A stretch of DNA of 20,000 bases from an uncultured virus (IMG/VR IMGVR_UViG_3300032213_002933) (Duplodnaviria; Heunggongvirae; Uroviricota; Caudoviricetes). A program made the translations under genes and the position numbers. The stretch's first letter is position 1, and each line of letters starts with the position of its first letter. Below the pieces are notes generated by a model. It was not told the origin of the DNA, ran no database searches, and saw nothing but the letters and a program-made list of their open reading frames with translations. This document shows positions 1 through 9,484 of the stretch, piece by piece. The stretch lies in IMG/VR virus record IMGVR_UViG_3300032213_002933; one strand, written 5' to 3'.

Positions 1-1355
1 GAATATGGATTTTCTACTCCATACTTCTTAAGTAGTTCTACTTGAACTTCTCCATATCCCCTGTCAACATAAATGTGCTTAGGATTAAATGCCCGATTTA
101 ATTCAATAATTCTATCTACAGCTTTTGTCAAAGTATATTCTGATCTGGGTATTTCTTCCCTATAACAGATTCTACTCTTGCCTCTAAATCTAGTGTCTTC
201 ATAGTTTTCTGCACATGTTTCTACTATGACTATATTTGTTCCCGCGCCATATTTATCCCAGTCGACTCCAATTGTATGGAAAGATCTAGCTGAAGTAATT
301 TCAGGAGTGTAATCCCAAGATGGCGAAATAAAAGCTCTGTCAACAAATTTTCTCGGATAAACACCTTCAGAGTCTTCACCCCAGTCAGCTTCTATTTCGT
401 GACGATATCCACTTGGGGAATATTGTTCTCTAAATTCTTCTTCTTGTTCTTTAGAAAAATATGGATTGCAATAGCTGGGAAACCAGAACTCTGTAAATCG
501 TGGAGATCTACACCATTCCCAAAATCTTTCTCTACGACCGGTAGGAGTAGAGGCGCCAATCATGACTTTATCAGGCTGATCTTCTGCTGTTTTCTGGAGC
601 ATGGCGTACAGTGCGTCAAGGTCGTCTGCGTGCATATAGTCCATTTCGTCAAGAACAATTAAGTGTGCTTCCTGACCACGAGCAACGTCACTCTTTCCTC
701 CGGACTTCATTCCTGAAGTAAAGAATCTAATTGTTGATCCATTTGAAAACTGAATCATGAACTGTGGACTCGTAACTTTTCTACTGATAGAGTTAGTTAC
801 AACTTCATTCTTAGAAGCTATTCTTAGTATCTCTTGATAGATAAGTTCAACTTGAGTTTTCATTGGCGCGATAACCAATGATCTTCCGTCTTTATGGGTA
901 TAACTGTAGTGCAGTAGCATTATTGCTAAACTAAATGTTTTACCTAAACGACGACCAGCTCTAAGAACTTTTCTTAATCCTGGATCTCTTAAAATTAATA
1001 TTTGGTATACTCTAAGTTCAGCTCCAAGAAATTGCTTAGCCCATACTACTGGATCTCTCGAAATATGTAACTGCCTTTGGTGCTCAGCGCTAACGCCTGC
1101 CGCTAATAAGTCAAGATCCATTTCAAATGGCTCATCGACAAGTAAAGCTAATTCCCTATTAGTTAACTTTCTTTCAATTACCGGAGTTCCGTCGGTCCAT
1201 GAAATATGATTTAGTTTATTTTCAAAAACCCATTCAATTCTATTTATCTGCTTTATCAGCTCAGGATCCTGATCTTTTATTATCTCAAATAAATCTTCTC
1301 TTGAAAGACCTTCTAGTGCTTCTCTGAATTTTTGCGTTTTATTAAAAATACCCAT
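1..1355 (-). CDS. terL: Phage terminase large subunit (3' end runs off the window)
   Basis: Manual translation from ATG at 1355 (MGIFNKTQKFREALEGL...) is open to position 1. It has Walker A RAGRRLGKT, VIAP..Q, ARGQEAHLIVLDEMD (Walker B), coupling motif GASTPTG, and nuclease-domain motifs IGVDWDKYG and IYVDRGYG. Absent from the ORF track because no stop falls in the window. Confidence 0.95.
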   Translation of the reverse strand, partial: MGIFNKTQKFREALEGLSREDLFEIIKDQDPELIKQINRIEWVFENKLNHISWTDGTPVIERKLTNRELALLVDEPFEMDLDLLAAGVSAEHQRQLHISRDPVVWAKQFLGAELRVYQILILRDPGLRKVLRAGRRLGKTFSLAIMLLHYSYTHKDGRSLVIAPMKTQVELIYQEILRIASKNEVVTNSISRKVTSPQFMIQFSNGSTIRFFTSGMKSGGKSDVARGQEAHLIVLDEMDYMHADDLDALYAMLQKTAEDQPDKVMIGASTPTGRRERFWEWCRSPRFTEFWFPSYCNPYFSKEQEEEFREQYSPSGYRHEIEADWGEDSEGVYPRKFVDRAFISPSWDYTPEITSARSFHTIGVDWDKYGAGTNIVIVETCAENYEDTRFRGKSRICYREEIPRSEYTLTKAVDRIIELNRAFNPKHIYVDRGYGEVQVELLKKYGVENPY

Positions 1356-1357
1356 AA

Positions 1358-2788
1358 TCACCCATAATGTGCTGCCATCATAGCGCCCTCTGCTCCGAGA
1401 GCACTTCTTGCATTAAGTCTAGAATTTTGAATTGCCTGAACTCCTCTAGATCTAGAGGTTGCTGCTGCTTCTGTGTCTTTATATCCCATTCCAAAAGCTG
1501 GTTTAGCTATTGATCCTTGTAAAGACTTGTTAGCGTCTTTTGCTAAGTTTATCCCACTTTTAACAACTTCGCCAGCCATTTGACCAATATCATATATAAA
1601 TGATGCTGCCGCAAGCACTTGAATGCCAGGTATAGCCAATGCTGCGCCTCTTGTCGCTAACATTTTTCCAGCGCCAGAAACTGCTAATTTGCCTGTAGCA
1701 CTAGCGCCAAGTTCTCTAAATAAAACTTTACCACCAGTACCTCGCAAAAGATTTATGCCCCCTTCGGCACCTTTGAAAAGTTGTCCTCCAAATTTTAGTC
1801 CATCATCACCGAATGCTTTTGCAAACGCACTACCAAATGCATTTTCTGCCCTCGCAGCACCCTCTAATGCTCTTCCAGTTAAACCACTAACACCACCAAA
1901 TCCTTGAGCACCTCTTGCATATCCTGCAAGGTATGTCGTACCAGCTCCAGATAGCGACGATGCGTACATATTACCTCTTACGCCGACTTGCCCTGCATTT
2001 TTCCCAGTAACTGCATATCTCATCGCATCATCGGAAAACGAAGCACCGTATGATATATTACTATATGGGGCAGTATACCCTGCTCCCATGCCAGTACTTC
2101 CCCTTATAACAGTGGGCTTAGTGAAGGTGGGATTATTCATTTTGCCTAACTTACCTAGGGCATCGTCTGCTTTAGCCAATTTTCTGGCTGCTCTTGAACT
2201 ACCCTTATTAAAGGCTTTAGCCTCTAGCATATCTACTCTTCTACCTGCGCTTATACCTGACAATAACCCTGGCCCAAAAGCAGATTCCCCTTCCTTGAGT
2301 TCTATCCCCATATTTGCTATTGCTTTTTTTCCAGTTTTAGTATTTCCTATAAAACCAGATGCCCCAAAGGGTGTATAGGCTTTCTCAGATGAGTCTGCAA
2401 AAATGCTAAGTGAATGATATCTTCCTAGGTTCCTAGGCCTTAGACTTGCATTATTCAATCTAGATGATCTAAGGAATGGACTTTTTCTTGCGTCTCCAGT
2501 AAGACTTGCCATTGTTTGATTTCTTTTTGCTCCACCAAAAAACTGTTTAGTGGCAGATTCATAACTATTCATGGATCCAGATTGTAAAGTTCTAAATTTG
2601 GCTGCTCTTCTGGCGTCTACTCCCTTGCCCAGCATAGATGGATTGTCCATATATCCGCCACGCAATAGGGTACTGGAACCCCTCTTGGAACTAAAGCCGG
2701 CTGATGCAGCTAGTCCTGGCATAGAATCTGACATGCGGGACCATAAGGGGGCCTCAGGCGTGTCTATGGGAATATCTCCTTCGAGCAT
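1358..2788 (-). CDS. Gly/Ala-rich hypothetical protein, probable virion (internal/ejected) protein, 476 aa
   Basis: Long ORF ending 2 nt before the terL start. Low-complexity G/A/S/R composition, a hydrophobic segment (AALAIPGIQVLAAASFIY) and C-terminus AAATSRSRGVQAIQNSRLNARSALGAEGAMMAAHYG. The virion role is inferred from composition and context. Confidence 0.7.
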   Translation of the reverse strand: MLEGDIPIDTPEAPLWSRMSDSMPGLAASAGFSSKRGSSTLLRGGYMDNPSMLGKGVDARRAAKFRTLQSGSMNSYESATKQFFGGAKRNQTMASLTGDARKSPFLRSSRLNNASLRPRNLGRYHSLSIFADSSEKAYTPFGASGFIGNTKTGKKAIANMGIELKEGESAFGPGLLSGISAGRRVDMLEAKAFNKGSSRAARKLAKADDALGKLGKMNNPTFTKPTVIRGSTGMGAGYTAPYSNISYGASFSDDAMRYAVTGKNAGQVGVRGNMYASSLSGAGTTYLAGYARGAQGFGGVSGLTGRALEGAARAENAFGSAFAKAFGDDGLKFGGQLFKGAEGGINLLRGTGGKVLFRELGASATGKLAVSGAGKMLATRGAALAIPGIQVLAAASFIYDIGQMAGEVVKSGINLAKDANKSLQGSIAKPAFGMGYKDTEAAATSRSRGVQAIQNSRLNARSALGAEGAMMAAHYG

Positions 2789-2792
2789 TGAC

Positions 2793-3452
2793 TTAGTATC
2801 CTCTTCTTGAATTATGCATACCTAGGACAATGTCGCCAGATGCACTTAATTGACTAGCTGTTGATGATGATGATGAATAGGGTGATTGTCTAAAAAATTC
2901 TTGATTATTAGTAATATGTCCGCCTATAACTGCGGCAGACGGCAATGTCCCACCCATTGCCGCTCCAGCTATTCCACCCATTAGTCCACCAGCAATTTTT
3001 CCAGCCCTGCCCATTGAAAGTGCGCCGCCTATTGCTCCACCTAACGCTGAACCAGTAACTGCGCCAGCAGCTCCGCCCATTGCTCCCGTAACGGCTGAAG
3101 TAGCTAGCATCCCAGTTCCTCCACCTGGGAATCCGGCATGCGTTGCCATAAAATCACCCGGCGCAGAAGCTTGAAGCATTCCTCCTCCAACTCCACCCAT
3201 CATGCTTCCAACTAAGGTTCTAGCATTTAGATCTCTTCCAGTGAAATACTGGTCTGCATTTTCGTCTCCAAAGGCTGCACCTAGTGCTGCATCCTTAGTT
3301 GCCGGGCCAACTTTTGAGCCAACGCCCAGAGCTAACGCACCGACACCTAAAGCTCCCATCGCAGTTCTACTGGACAGAATTGAAGCTGGAGCTCTGCCTA
3401 ATTTTTCCGCAGCACCTATCCCCACCCTTTTCCCAAAGTTTAATATTCCCAT
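2793..3452 (-). CDS. Glycine-zipper protein, probable membrane-interacting virion protein (~219 aa)
   Basis: ORF track 2793..3458. ATG at 3452 is preferred because GGAGG lies just upstream. Long GxxxG runs (GAMGGAAGAVTGSALGGAIGGALSMG; AGGLMGGIAGAAMGG). Confidence 0.7.
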   Translation of the reverse strand: MGILNFGKRVGIGAAEKLGRAPASILSSRTAMGALGVGALALGVGSKVGPATKDAALGAAFGDENADQYFTGRDLNARTLVGSMMGGVGGGMLQASAPGDFMATHAGFPGGGTGMLATSAVTGAMGGAAGAVTGSALGGAIGGALSMGRAGKIAGGLMGGIAGAAMGGTLPSAAVIGGHITNNQEFFRQSPYSSSSSTASQLSASGDIVLGMHNSRRGY

Positions 3453-3454
3453 TT

Positions 3455-6400
3455 TCACCCTCCGTAAAGGTGGTTGTATTTATTATTGCCCATTTGTGTG
3501 TGGCCTATTTTTCTATTGTCTAGATTTCCGACCACTCCAGCTGTAACTAGGGGATCTCTTCTGGCAGAATTTAGAGATGGTACCGAAGAGCCATAATTGC
3601 TTGATGAGTTTTGGCGAAATGATTCAGTCGGTTGTTGTTCTAGGGTTTCGTTATATGAGTCTGTTTCTTTTTTTCTCTTACCTATATAGTAACCTCCAGC
3701 GAGCGCCGTTAAACCTAATGCTGCTATTCCTGCTGGACCTTTAAACTTATGATAATTTTCCACTGCCGTTGATAGTGGCGTTTGCCTTCTGCCAGATTTT
3801 AGATTGGTTATGGCTCTATTTAGTAAGTTGCTATCTTCAGACAATGCCTTTCCAACCTTAGAAGCGTCTGTCATAGCTGCCTCGTTCGCAGCCCTTAATC
3901 TACCCCTAGCTTGATCTCCACCGGCATCAATTACCTTCTTATCATATACATGCCCGAGAGCTAGAGTGTCACCTGCCTCGCCAAGAATATTAGCCTGAAG
4001 ACTAGATGTATCGTTAGCTATGTCCATTCCATTTTTACTTATAGCTTCTGTCATGCTCTCAACGACGGCTTGTGATTCTGTTGTATTTTCTCCAAAGCTG
4101 GCAATGCCTACACCACGCTCTTCTATGGACGCAATCATCGATTCAATTATGTCTGGTTTTTCCATACCTTTATATGTTTCTTTAAACATTGCTGCTTGCG
4201 TATGAAGCTCATCCATATCTAAAGAGGTTATTTTATTTTTATAATTATCTGTTTCGATAAAGTCTGTGTGTAGTTGTTCTGCAATAGATCTTGCTGTCAA
4301 TCCAGATTCGTCCTGACCTTCTTTCCATACGAGGTTTAAGGTTTTGAACATCTTGCCTTGATCTTTTCTTTCTGCAACGCTGAAAGACACGGCAAGGTTT
4401 CCTTCTGCAATTTTTTCTCCCACGCTTACTGCGCTAGATGCTGATAATGACGGTGGTGACACGCTTAAGCTTTTAAAATAATCATAATCTAAAAGAATTT
4501 TCTTAGCCTGACCTTGTTCTCCCGCTAATCTAAATGATGATTGTTTCTTATAATGGCTAATGCCAAATTGAGAAGTAACATCTGCTATTTGATCATTTGC
4601 GGCGTAAGCAAACCTCTCTGTTATTTGTGCTGATAGGCCAGCCCCTAGATCTTCAAACCCTCCTAAGCTGGCCTTGGTGTGAACTTGAGTTGCTAGTGAT
4701 GAAGTTCCGCTAGCCAATATATTGCTTATAACAGTTTCTTTCACTCCTAGGAATCCATACTTATTCCCAGCAGCTAGGGCTGATTGTGCGTGTGTAGTAA
4801 GTCTTGCACTAACTTTGCTTGCGTCATCAAAGTTGCCAAGGTTTAATCCAGAACTGAAATTCATTTTTGCTTCAAAAGATCCATTATTTCTCATAATATC
4901 TCTAAAGTGCATTTTACTTGGAGTGTCTGCAAAGTTCTTATAAAGATCACCAACACTATCTACATATTTTTCTGCATTGACCTCTGTAGCTTCGGTTAAT
5001 CCTAAAGTTCTGTTCATCATGCCCATTGCCGAGTTCTGTTCGACTGTAATACCAAGGGACATTATTCGTTTTTCTGCTGCATTATATCTAAACTTTTGAC
5101 CATATGCATCTATCTCTTCTAGGTTTAAACCATTTCTAGCATCTGCCATCAATCCCCTTAGATGATCCTCAGCTTTAGTTCTTTCCAGAACCATTCCCTC
5201 TTGTGCTGCTCCAGTAAATAACTTAAAATTACCTTTATCAAATTTTATAAATCCTTGAGAAATGTTGTTATTCATCTGAGTTTGCACTAGAGATTTATTT
5301 GCGGAATCTTCAAGCAGATCTCCTGCTAAGATATCTTGAAGTGAAATAGTAGCTCTAACTCCCGATATACCTTCTCCTTCAGCATACTTCATAGCTGTAT
5401 CCGTTAGGAATTGTGGATCTGCAATATTTGTTACTGCGGTTGTTGCCGCTGATTTAAAAACAGTTTTCCTCGCCACATCTAATAATTGAGCAGGGGCTTG
5501 AGCAGATACGTTACTTGGATCACGGAAATCTAACTTACCTGTATGCATGTACTTTAAAATGTAGTCTTGAAGCATGGTGTCAGTTTCAGCGATGTGCGAT
5601 CCTTTAAATATCTGTTCAAATATTTGAGGGGCGTGCTGTTCATCTGCCATTAAATCTAATAAATTAGTATTCATAACAAAATTTTCTACACCGGCGTATG
5701 TTGCTTTGCCGCCAGTTGTTACATCTGCTAAAGACTCTGTCGAGAAGAATTTCTTAATATACTCTTCTCCACGAACAACTGAATCTGGTTCACTACCTAT
5801 AGCCTGCTGAGCCTTATCAGTTATATAGGCCCTACCTAGTTCTAGCGTATCTATAACAAACGATAGATCTTCATTTTTCCTCTCAAGGAAAGTGGATACC
5901 AAATCTTTTAATTCAGTGCTAGATTGATACCCTTTCATTCCACTCATAGTTCTTATAGATTGTGTGATGTCAAAGTTGACGTTGTGTCCTGTTACCTGGT
6001 CAGCTTCATTTAGATGCGTAAAGACTTTTTTCATATTTTCTAAAAATTCTTCTTCACTATTTACAACGGTACCCATGTCCTCTGACCTGGAAAGAAATCC
6101 ACTTAGTGTATCACTAAGCTGTGGACCAGCTAAGATTCCTCCCAGCCTAGGAGAGTTATATCCAAATTTTTCTACAGTCTTAGCCATATCATCTAAATTT
6201 GCTCTTTGAGCAAGTGATATTGATCTAACCTGTGAACCAGATCCAAGTCCAGTTGTTTCAACGTCAAACGTTATTATTTTTTTTGCACTTCCGTCTGCAT
6301 TGGGCGTAAAATCTAATAACTTACTCATACCTTGAGCATCTCTGTCTTTCATCTTTCCTATCTGAAAAAGATTTCTTTCAAGGTCCTTCGATGACATAAT

Positions 6401-6952
6401 ATTTGTTGTACCAAATTTTATGTCTGCGATTGAATTAGATGTTGGGTCAATGTTGAATATTGTTTTGTTTAACATGACCTGAGCGGGGTGTTCCAATCCT
6501 TGGTCAACTTCAAACATTGCAGGAGTTCTATATGGACTTGACGACGGCATATGCTTACTGGGAAGTCCCGCATTGGAAAAAAGGTCTTCTATTTTTAGAA
6601 CTGACCCAGCAAATACATTCTCAAGTTTTTTTCTTGATTGCAAATTGAGTATACTTAAATCTATTGATCCGGTATTTCGCATCATATCAACATCTAGATT
6701 TTTAGCAAATGATCTCCTAACGTTTTTTATGTCAGAAAGTTCCTCATAATACTGATTCTCAAAATCCTTATACCTTGTCATGAAAGCGTCTTTATCACCA
6801 TATAATTGTTCCGCAAAAGTTTTATCAATTATTCTTTCGCCAATTCCGGCATTTTCGGGCCTACCTGCGGCTGTATGAGTCGATCTAAATAAACCTTTTT
6901 GTATATTCTCAATTAGACCTTGAAATTTTTCGTGAATAGGTTTTGCTGCCAT
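3455..6952 (-). CDS. 1165-aa protein with internal DEDDh 3'-5' exonuclease (DnaQ-like) domain and C-terminal hydrophobic segment
   Basis: ExoI IITFDVETTGL (~6250-6275), ExoII VTGHNVNFDI, VIDTLELGR, ExoIII SHIAETD (~5580-5600). Near the C-terminus: GPAGIAALGLTALAGGYYIGKRKKE. The start overlaps the upstream stop (TAATG). Confidence 0.8.
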   Translation of the reverse strand: MAAKPIHEKFQGLIENIQKGLFRSTHTAAGRPENAGIGERIIDKTFAEQLYGDKDAFMTRYKDFENQYYEELSDIKNVRRSFAKNLDVDMMRNTGSIDLSILNLQSRKKLENVFAGSVLKIEDLFSNAGLPSKHMPSSSPYRTPAMFEVDQGLEHPAQVMLNKTIFNIDPTSNSIADIKFGTTNIMSSKDLERNLFQIGKMKDRDAQGMSKLLDFTPNADGSAKKIITFDVETTGLGSGSQVRSISLAQRANLDDMAKTVEKFGYNSPRLGGILAGPQLSDTLSGFLSRSEDMGTVVNSEEEFLENMKKVFTHLNEADQVTGHNVNFDITQSIRTMSGMKGYQSSTELKDLVSTFLERKNEDLSFVIDTLELGRAYITDKAQQAIGSEPDSVVRGEEYIKKFFSTESLADVTTGGKATYAGVENFVMNTNLLDLMADEQHAPQIFEQIFKGSHIAETDTMLQDYILKYMHTGKLDFRDPSNVSAQAPAQLLDVARKTVFKSAATTAVTNIADPQFLTDTAMKYAEGEGISGVRATISLQDILAGDLLEDSANKSLVQTQMNNNISQGFIKFDKGNFKLFTGAAQEGMVLERTKAEDHLRGLMADARNGLNLEEIDAYGQKFRYNAAEKRIMSLGITVEQNSAMGMMNRTLGLTEATEVNAEKYVDSVGDLYKNFADTPSKMHFRDIMRNNGSFEAKMNFSSGLNLGNFDDASKVSARLTTHAQSALAAGNKYGFLGVKETVISNILASGTSSLATQVHTKASLGGFEDLGAGLSAQITERFAYAANDQIADVTSQFGISHYKKQSSFRLAGEQGQAKKILLDYDYFKSLSVSPPSLSASSAVSVGEKIAEGNLAVSFSVAERKDQGKMFKTLNLVWKEGQDESGLTARSIAEQLHTDFIETDNYKNKITSLDMDELHTQAAMFKETYKGMEKPDIIESMIASIEERGVGIASFGENTTESQAVVESMTEAISKNGMDIANDTSSLQANILGEAGDTLALGHVYDKKVIDAGGDQARGRLRAANEAAMTDASKVGKALSEDSNLLNRAITNLKSGRRQTPLSTAVENYHKFKGPAGIAALGLTALAGGYYIGKRKKETDSYNETLEQQPTESFRQNSSSNYGSSVPSLNSARRDPLVTAGVVGNLDNRKIGHTQMGNNKYNHLYGG

Positions 6953-7668
6953 TATTCTTTAATTTCTGAACTCGGTATTTCTATATAGTCATCTTTATCA
7001 TAAATTCCAAGCTTTTGCTTTAAGAGCTTTTCTCTTTGATTCTCTATTGACTGAACTTTGAACAATATGTCAGATATAGCTTGTGCGCTGTCCAGTTGAG
7101 TTTGACCAACTTTAGCTTTAGCCTCTCTGGTTGCAAGCAATTGGTTTCTTAAATCTTTTCTGCGTCGATGAAGTCTATCTTCAAGTTCTACTGCAAGGTG
7201 AAGTTCTTTTTTCAAGATTGGCATTCCGTCATTATCCACGCCAATAATATTTTCTTGAATGAAATGCTCTTTAGCTAGAAGCTTGGTCTTGCGAATGTAT
7301 TGAACTTCTTGATCCACTAGATCTCTAATCATAGAAACTTCTACAAGATTGTCTGGATGTACATCTAACTGCTCCATATATTCTGCTGTGAATTGCGAAA
7401 CAATAGACATTTCTATCGGACATGGTTTTCCGCGAGGAGCTAGATTTTCTTTTAACAGTGGGCAAGTATCCGCAAATGTGCATTTAGATGCTTCACAGTT
7501 CATAGGAATTGAAGAAAACATTGATGTCCTAGTTTTCTGCGGCCGAACTAAGTCAACGGCCTTTTCTCTTTGCTCATCTGTCCATGTTTCAGGAAAAAAT
7601 AAATCTGGTCTCAAGGATTCAAAATTATTTAAAAATTTACTTTTATCACTTTTTTCAATATTACCCAT
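6952..7668 (-). CDS. Putative terminase small subunit with four-Cys cluster, 238 aa
   Basis: Helical protein with C-x4-C-x5-C-x13-C, then a segment (IIGVDNDGMPILKKELHLAVELEDRLHRRRKDLRNQLLATREAKAK) resembling the hairpin-plus-helix oligomerisation region of TerS proteins. Co-oriented upstream of terL. Function is inference. Confidence 0.5.
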   Translation of the reverse strand: MGNIEKSDKSKFLNNFESLRPDLFFPETWTDEQREKAVDLVRPQKTRTSMFSSIPMNCEASKCTFADTCPLLKENLAPRGKPCPIEMSIVSQFTAEYMEQLDVHPDNLVEVSMIRDLVDQEVQYIRKTKLLAKEHFIQENIIGVDNDGMPILKKELHLAVELEDRLHRRRKDLRNQLLATREAKAKVGQTQLDSAQAISDILFKVQSIENQREKLLKQKLGIYDKDDYIEIPSSEIKE

Positions 7669-7831
7669 TTAAATCTATCCATTCAGTACTGTATGAACTA
7701 TCGGAATAAAACTTTTGTATAGTTACGCTTTTACAGTAACTGCAGTAGCTGTCTCTGATGAGACAGTCGTGGTTAAAGTCAAAGAGCTCGCTGACAACTT
7801 CAGTTTTTTCATTACATCTCGGACAGTTCAT
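7661..7831 (-). CDS. Small Zn-ribbon protein, 56 aa (not in ORF track)
   Basis: Manual translation MNCPRCNEKTEVVSELFDFNHDCLIRDSYCSYCKSVTIQKFYSDSSYSTEWIDLNG*. Two CxxC motifs; overlaps both neighbours and fills the gap exactly. Confidence 0.75.
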   Translation of the reverse strand: MNCPRCNEKTEVVSELFDFNHDCLIRDSYCSYCKSVTIQKFYSDSSYSTEWIDLNG

Positions 7832-8231
7832 CTAAGGCTCTCATTAAGCTTTTCTGAAGCTTGCCTGCTAGCTCTGCGTTTTGTGCTGCGTTAAAAAATA
7901 TGCCAACTTCTCTAATCTCATCAGAAGTTAAATATGAAGACAATTTATATCTAGACCCTTTGCAGACGTCACAATAGAAATCTCTTTCTTCTATGAAACA
8001 GGTGCACTTCTCAATTATGTCAAAAAACTCTAAAGAGTCTGCGAGTTCAAACCATTTATTTTTGAACAACTTCTTTATTTGCTCTTTGTATGCTCTTAGC
8101 TTTTGCTGGTCATTAGACAACAGCGTTCCCATATCTAATGATTGCTTCATTAAATCATTTATACTTTTATATAAAAAATTTGCTAACTGAAAGTCCCCAT
8201 TGATATCTGTGAATTTTTTCCAATCATTCAT
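7812..8231 (-). CDS. Hypothetical protein with CxC...CxxC motif (~139 aa)
   Basis: ORF track 7812..8240 (TTG); ATG at 8231 is preferred. Contains EKCTCF...FYCDVCKGS. Confidence 0.75.
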   Translation of the reverse strand: MNDWKKFTDINGDFQLANFLYKSINDLMKQSLDMGTLLSNDQQKLRAYKEQIKKLFKNKWFELADSLEFFDIIEKCTCFIEERDFYCDVCKGSRYKLSSYLTSDEIREVGIFFNAAQNAELAGKLQKSLMRALDELSEM

Positions 8232-8236
8232 TTTGG

Positions 8237-8392
8237 TCAATTCTTTTTGTATATTTTAATTGATTTTTTTAAATCTTTTTTTATTTTTTTAAGCTCTTTC
8301 TTTTTTTCGCTTATTGTATTTTTTAAGATTATATTTAAATCTTTTCTTGTTGGGCCATATTCAACTTCTTTATCTTTTTTCATAGTAAACAT
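8237..8392 (-). CDS. Small Lys-rich hypothetical protein (~51 aa; alternative start 8383)
   Basis: Manual translation MFTMKKDKEVEYGPTRKDLNIILKNTISEKKKELKKIKKDLKKSIKIYKKN*. Co-oriented and fills the gap between ORFs. Confidence 0.55.
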   Translation of the reverse strand: MFTMKKDKEVEYGPTRKDLNIILKNTISEKKKELKKIKKDLKKSIKIYKKN

Positions 8393-8443
8393 ATTACATC
8401 CTTTACATATTTCATTTTATAATTACTTATAATTCATTATACA

Positions 8444-9433
8444 TTAATATCTAGCGTTAGACTGTCTTCCGGGTGAAGCGCCCTCGCCTCTTCTATTACT
8501 TGCAACACCTGCTGCAACAGCTAGCCCTAAACCTATTCCTATCTTTGAGTTTCTGCTCATTTTACTAAATTTTTGCATCATACTTCCCCCTCTTAATGCT
8601 CCTGAGCCAGAATTTTCTGCAGCGTTGAGCAGTGGTCGCGGAGGGCCATGCATTGCGCCTAGAGGTGCGTGCGGATTCACTGGACCATGCATTACGCCCT
8701 GAGCACCGTTCATTCCAGTCCTACCAGCTCTACTGTTAGCTATATTAGCCCTGACGCGGTCTCCCACTATTTTGCTATACTCTGCTCTTCCGGGGCCGTG
8801 CATTCCGGGCATGGACATTCCTTGTTTAAAACCACCAGTTCTACCAGCTCTACTAGCTTCTATGTTTCCCATGACTCGCTGACGTCGTCCGGCTAACATT
8901 TCCTGTCTTTTGCCCGCCAGAGCATCGGCCCTAGATGCTCCAGCGCCAGATCCTGCTCTTGCTCTGTTAGCATCGAGGTTTTCAAGAATTCTTGCTCTTT
9001 GAGCTGCTCGACCCCTATTAACTCCAGCTAGCTCTGCTCTTCCCGGACCATGCATTGGCCCTGGTGCCATTCTAGTACCCGGCATCGCTCTTGAGCCTCT
9101 TCCCTCTAGGCCTCCACCTACGGGCCTAGCGCCTCTACCGGGGGCTCCCCTTGTCCCCCTAGTAGATAGGCCAGGATCTGCTGCTGCCAATTTAGCCTGT
9201 CTCCTTGCCTCTAGTACTGGGCCATAATTAGAAAAACTTCCTGATCCTCCAGGGCGGACATTGCCGTGAAGTCCTTTGTATTCGGTTTTTCCAAAAGCAC
9301 TATTAAATTCCCCCAATAAGGCTTGGTCGCCACCATGGACGCCTGAACCTGATCCTATAAATACTCTCGGACGAGAACCTACGTCTTTATTTACGTTACC
9401 AAGTGGAAGTCTAGCTCCAGGAATAAATCCCAT
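8444..9433 (-). CDS. Gly/Arg-rich, probably disordered repeat protein with C-terminal hydrophobic segment, 329 aa
   Basis: AGGAG RBS upstream. Repeats MHGP x4, MHGPGRAE x2 and SRAGRTG x2. C-terminal IGIGLGLAVAAGVASNRR. Confidence 0.75.
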   Translation of the reverse strand: MGFIPGARLPLGNVNKDVGSRPRVFIGSGSGVHGGDQALLGEFNSAFGKTEYKGLHGNVRPGGSGSFSNYGPVLEARRQAKLAAADPGLSTRGTRGAPGRGARPVGGGLEGRGSRAMPGTRMAPGPMHGPGRAELAGVNRGRAAQRARILENLDANRARAGSGAGASRADALAGKRQEMLAGRRQRVMGNIEASRAGRTGGFKQGMSMPGMHGPGRAEYSKIVGDRVRANIANSRAGRTGMNGAQGVMHGPVNPHAPLGAMHGPPRPLLNAAENSGSGALRGGSMMQKFSKMSRNSKIGIGLGLAVAAGVASNRRGEGASPGRQSNARY

Positions 9434-9484
9434 TTGTTTCTCCTAAGAATATAATAATTTGAGATAACAATAAGAATTATAAAG

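Noticed and set aside
3455..6952. DNA polymerase III alpha/epsilon or tape measure protein
   Set aside because: No PHP or polymerase motifs and no periodic aromatic tape-measure repeats; only the exonuclease domain is supportable.
7661..7831. NrdR repressor
   Set aside because: Only a Zn ribbon is present; there is no RRRREC motif or ATP-cone.
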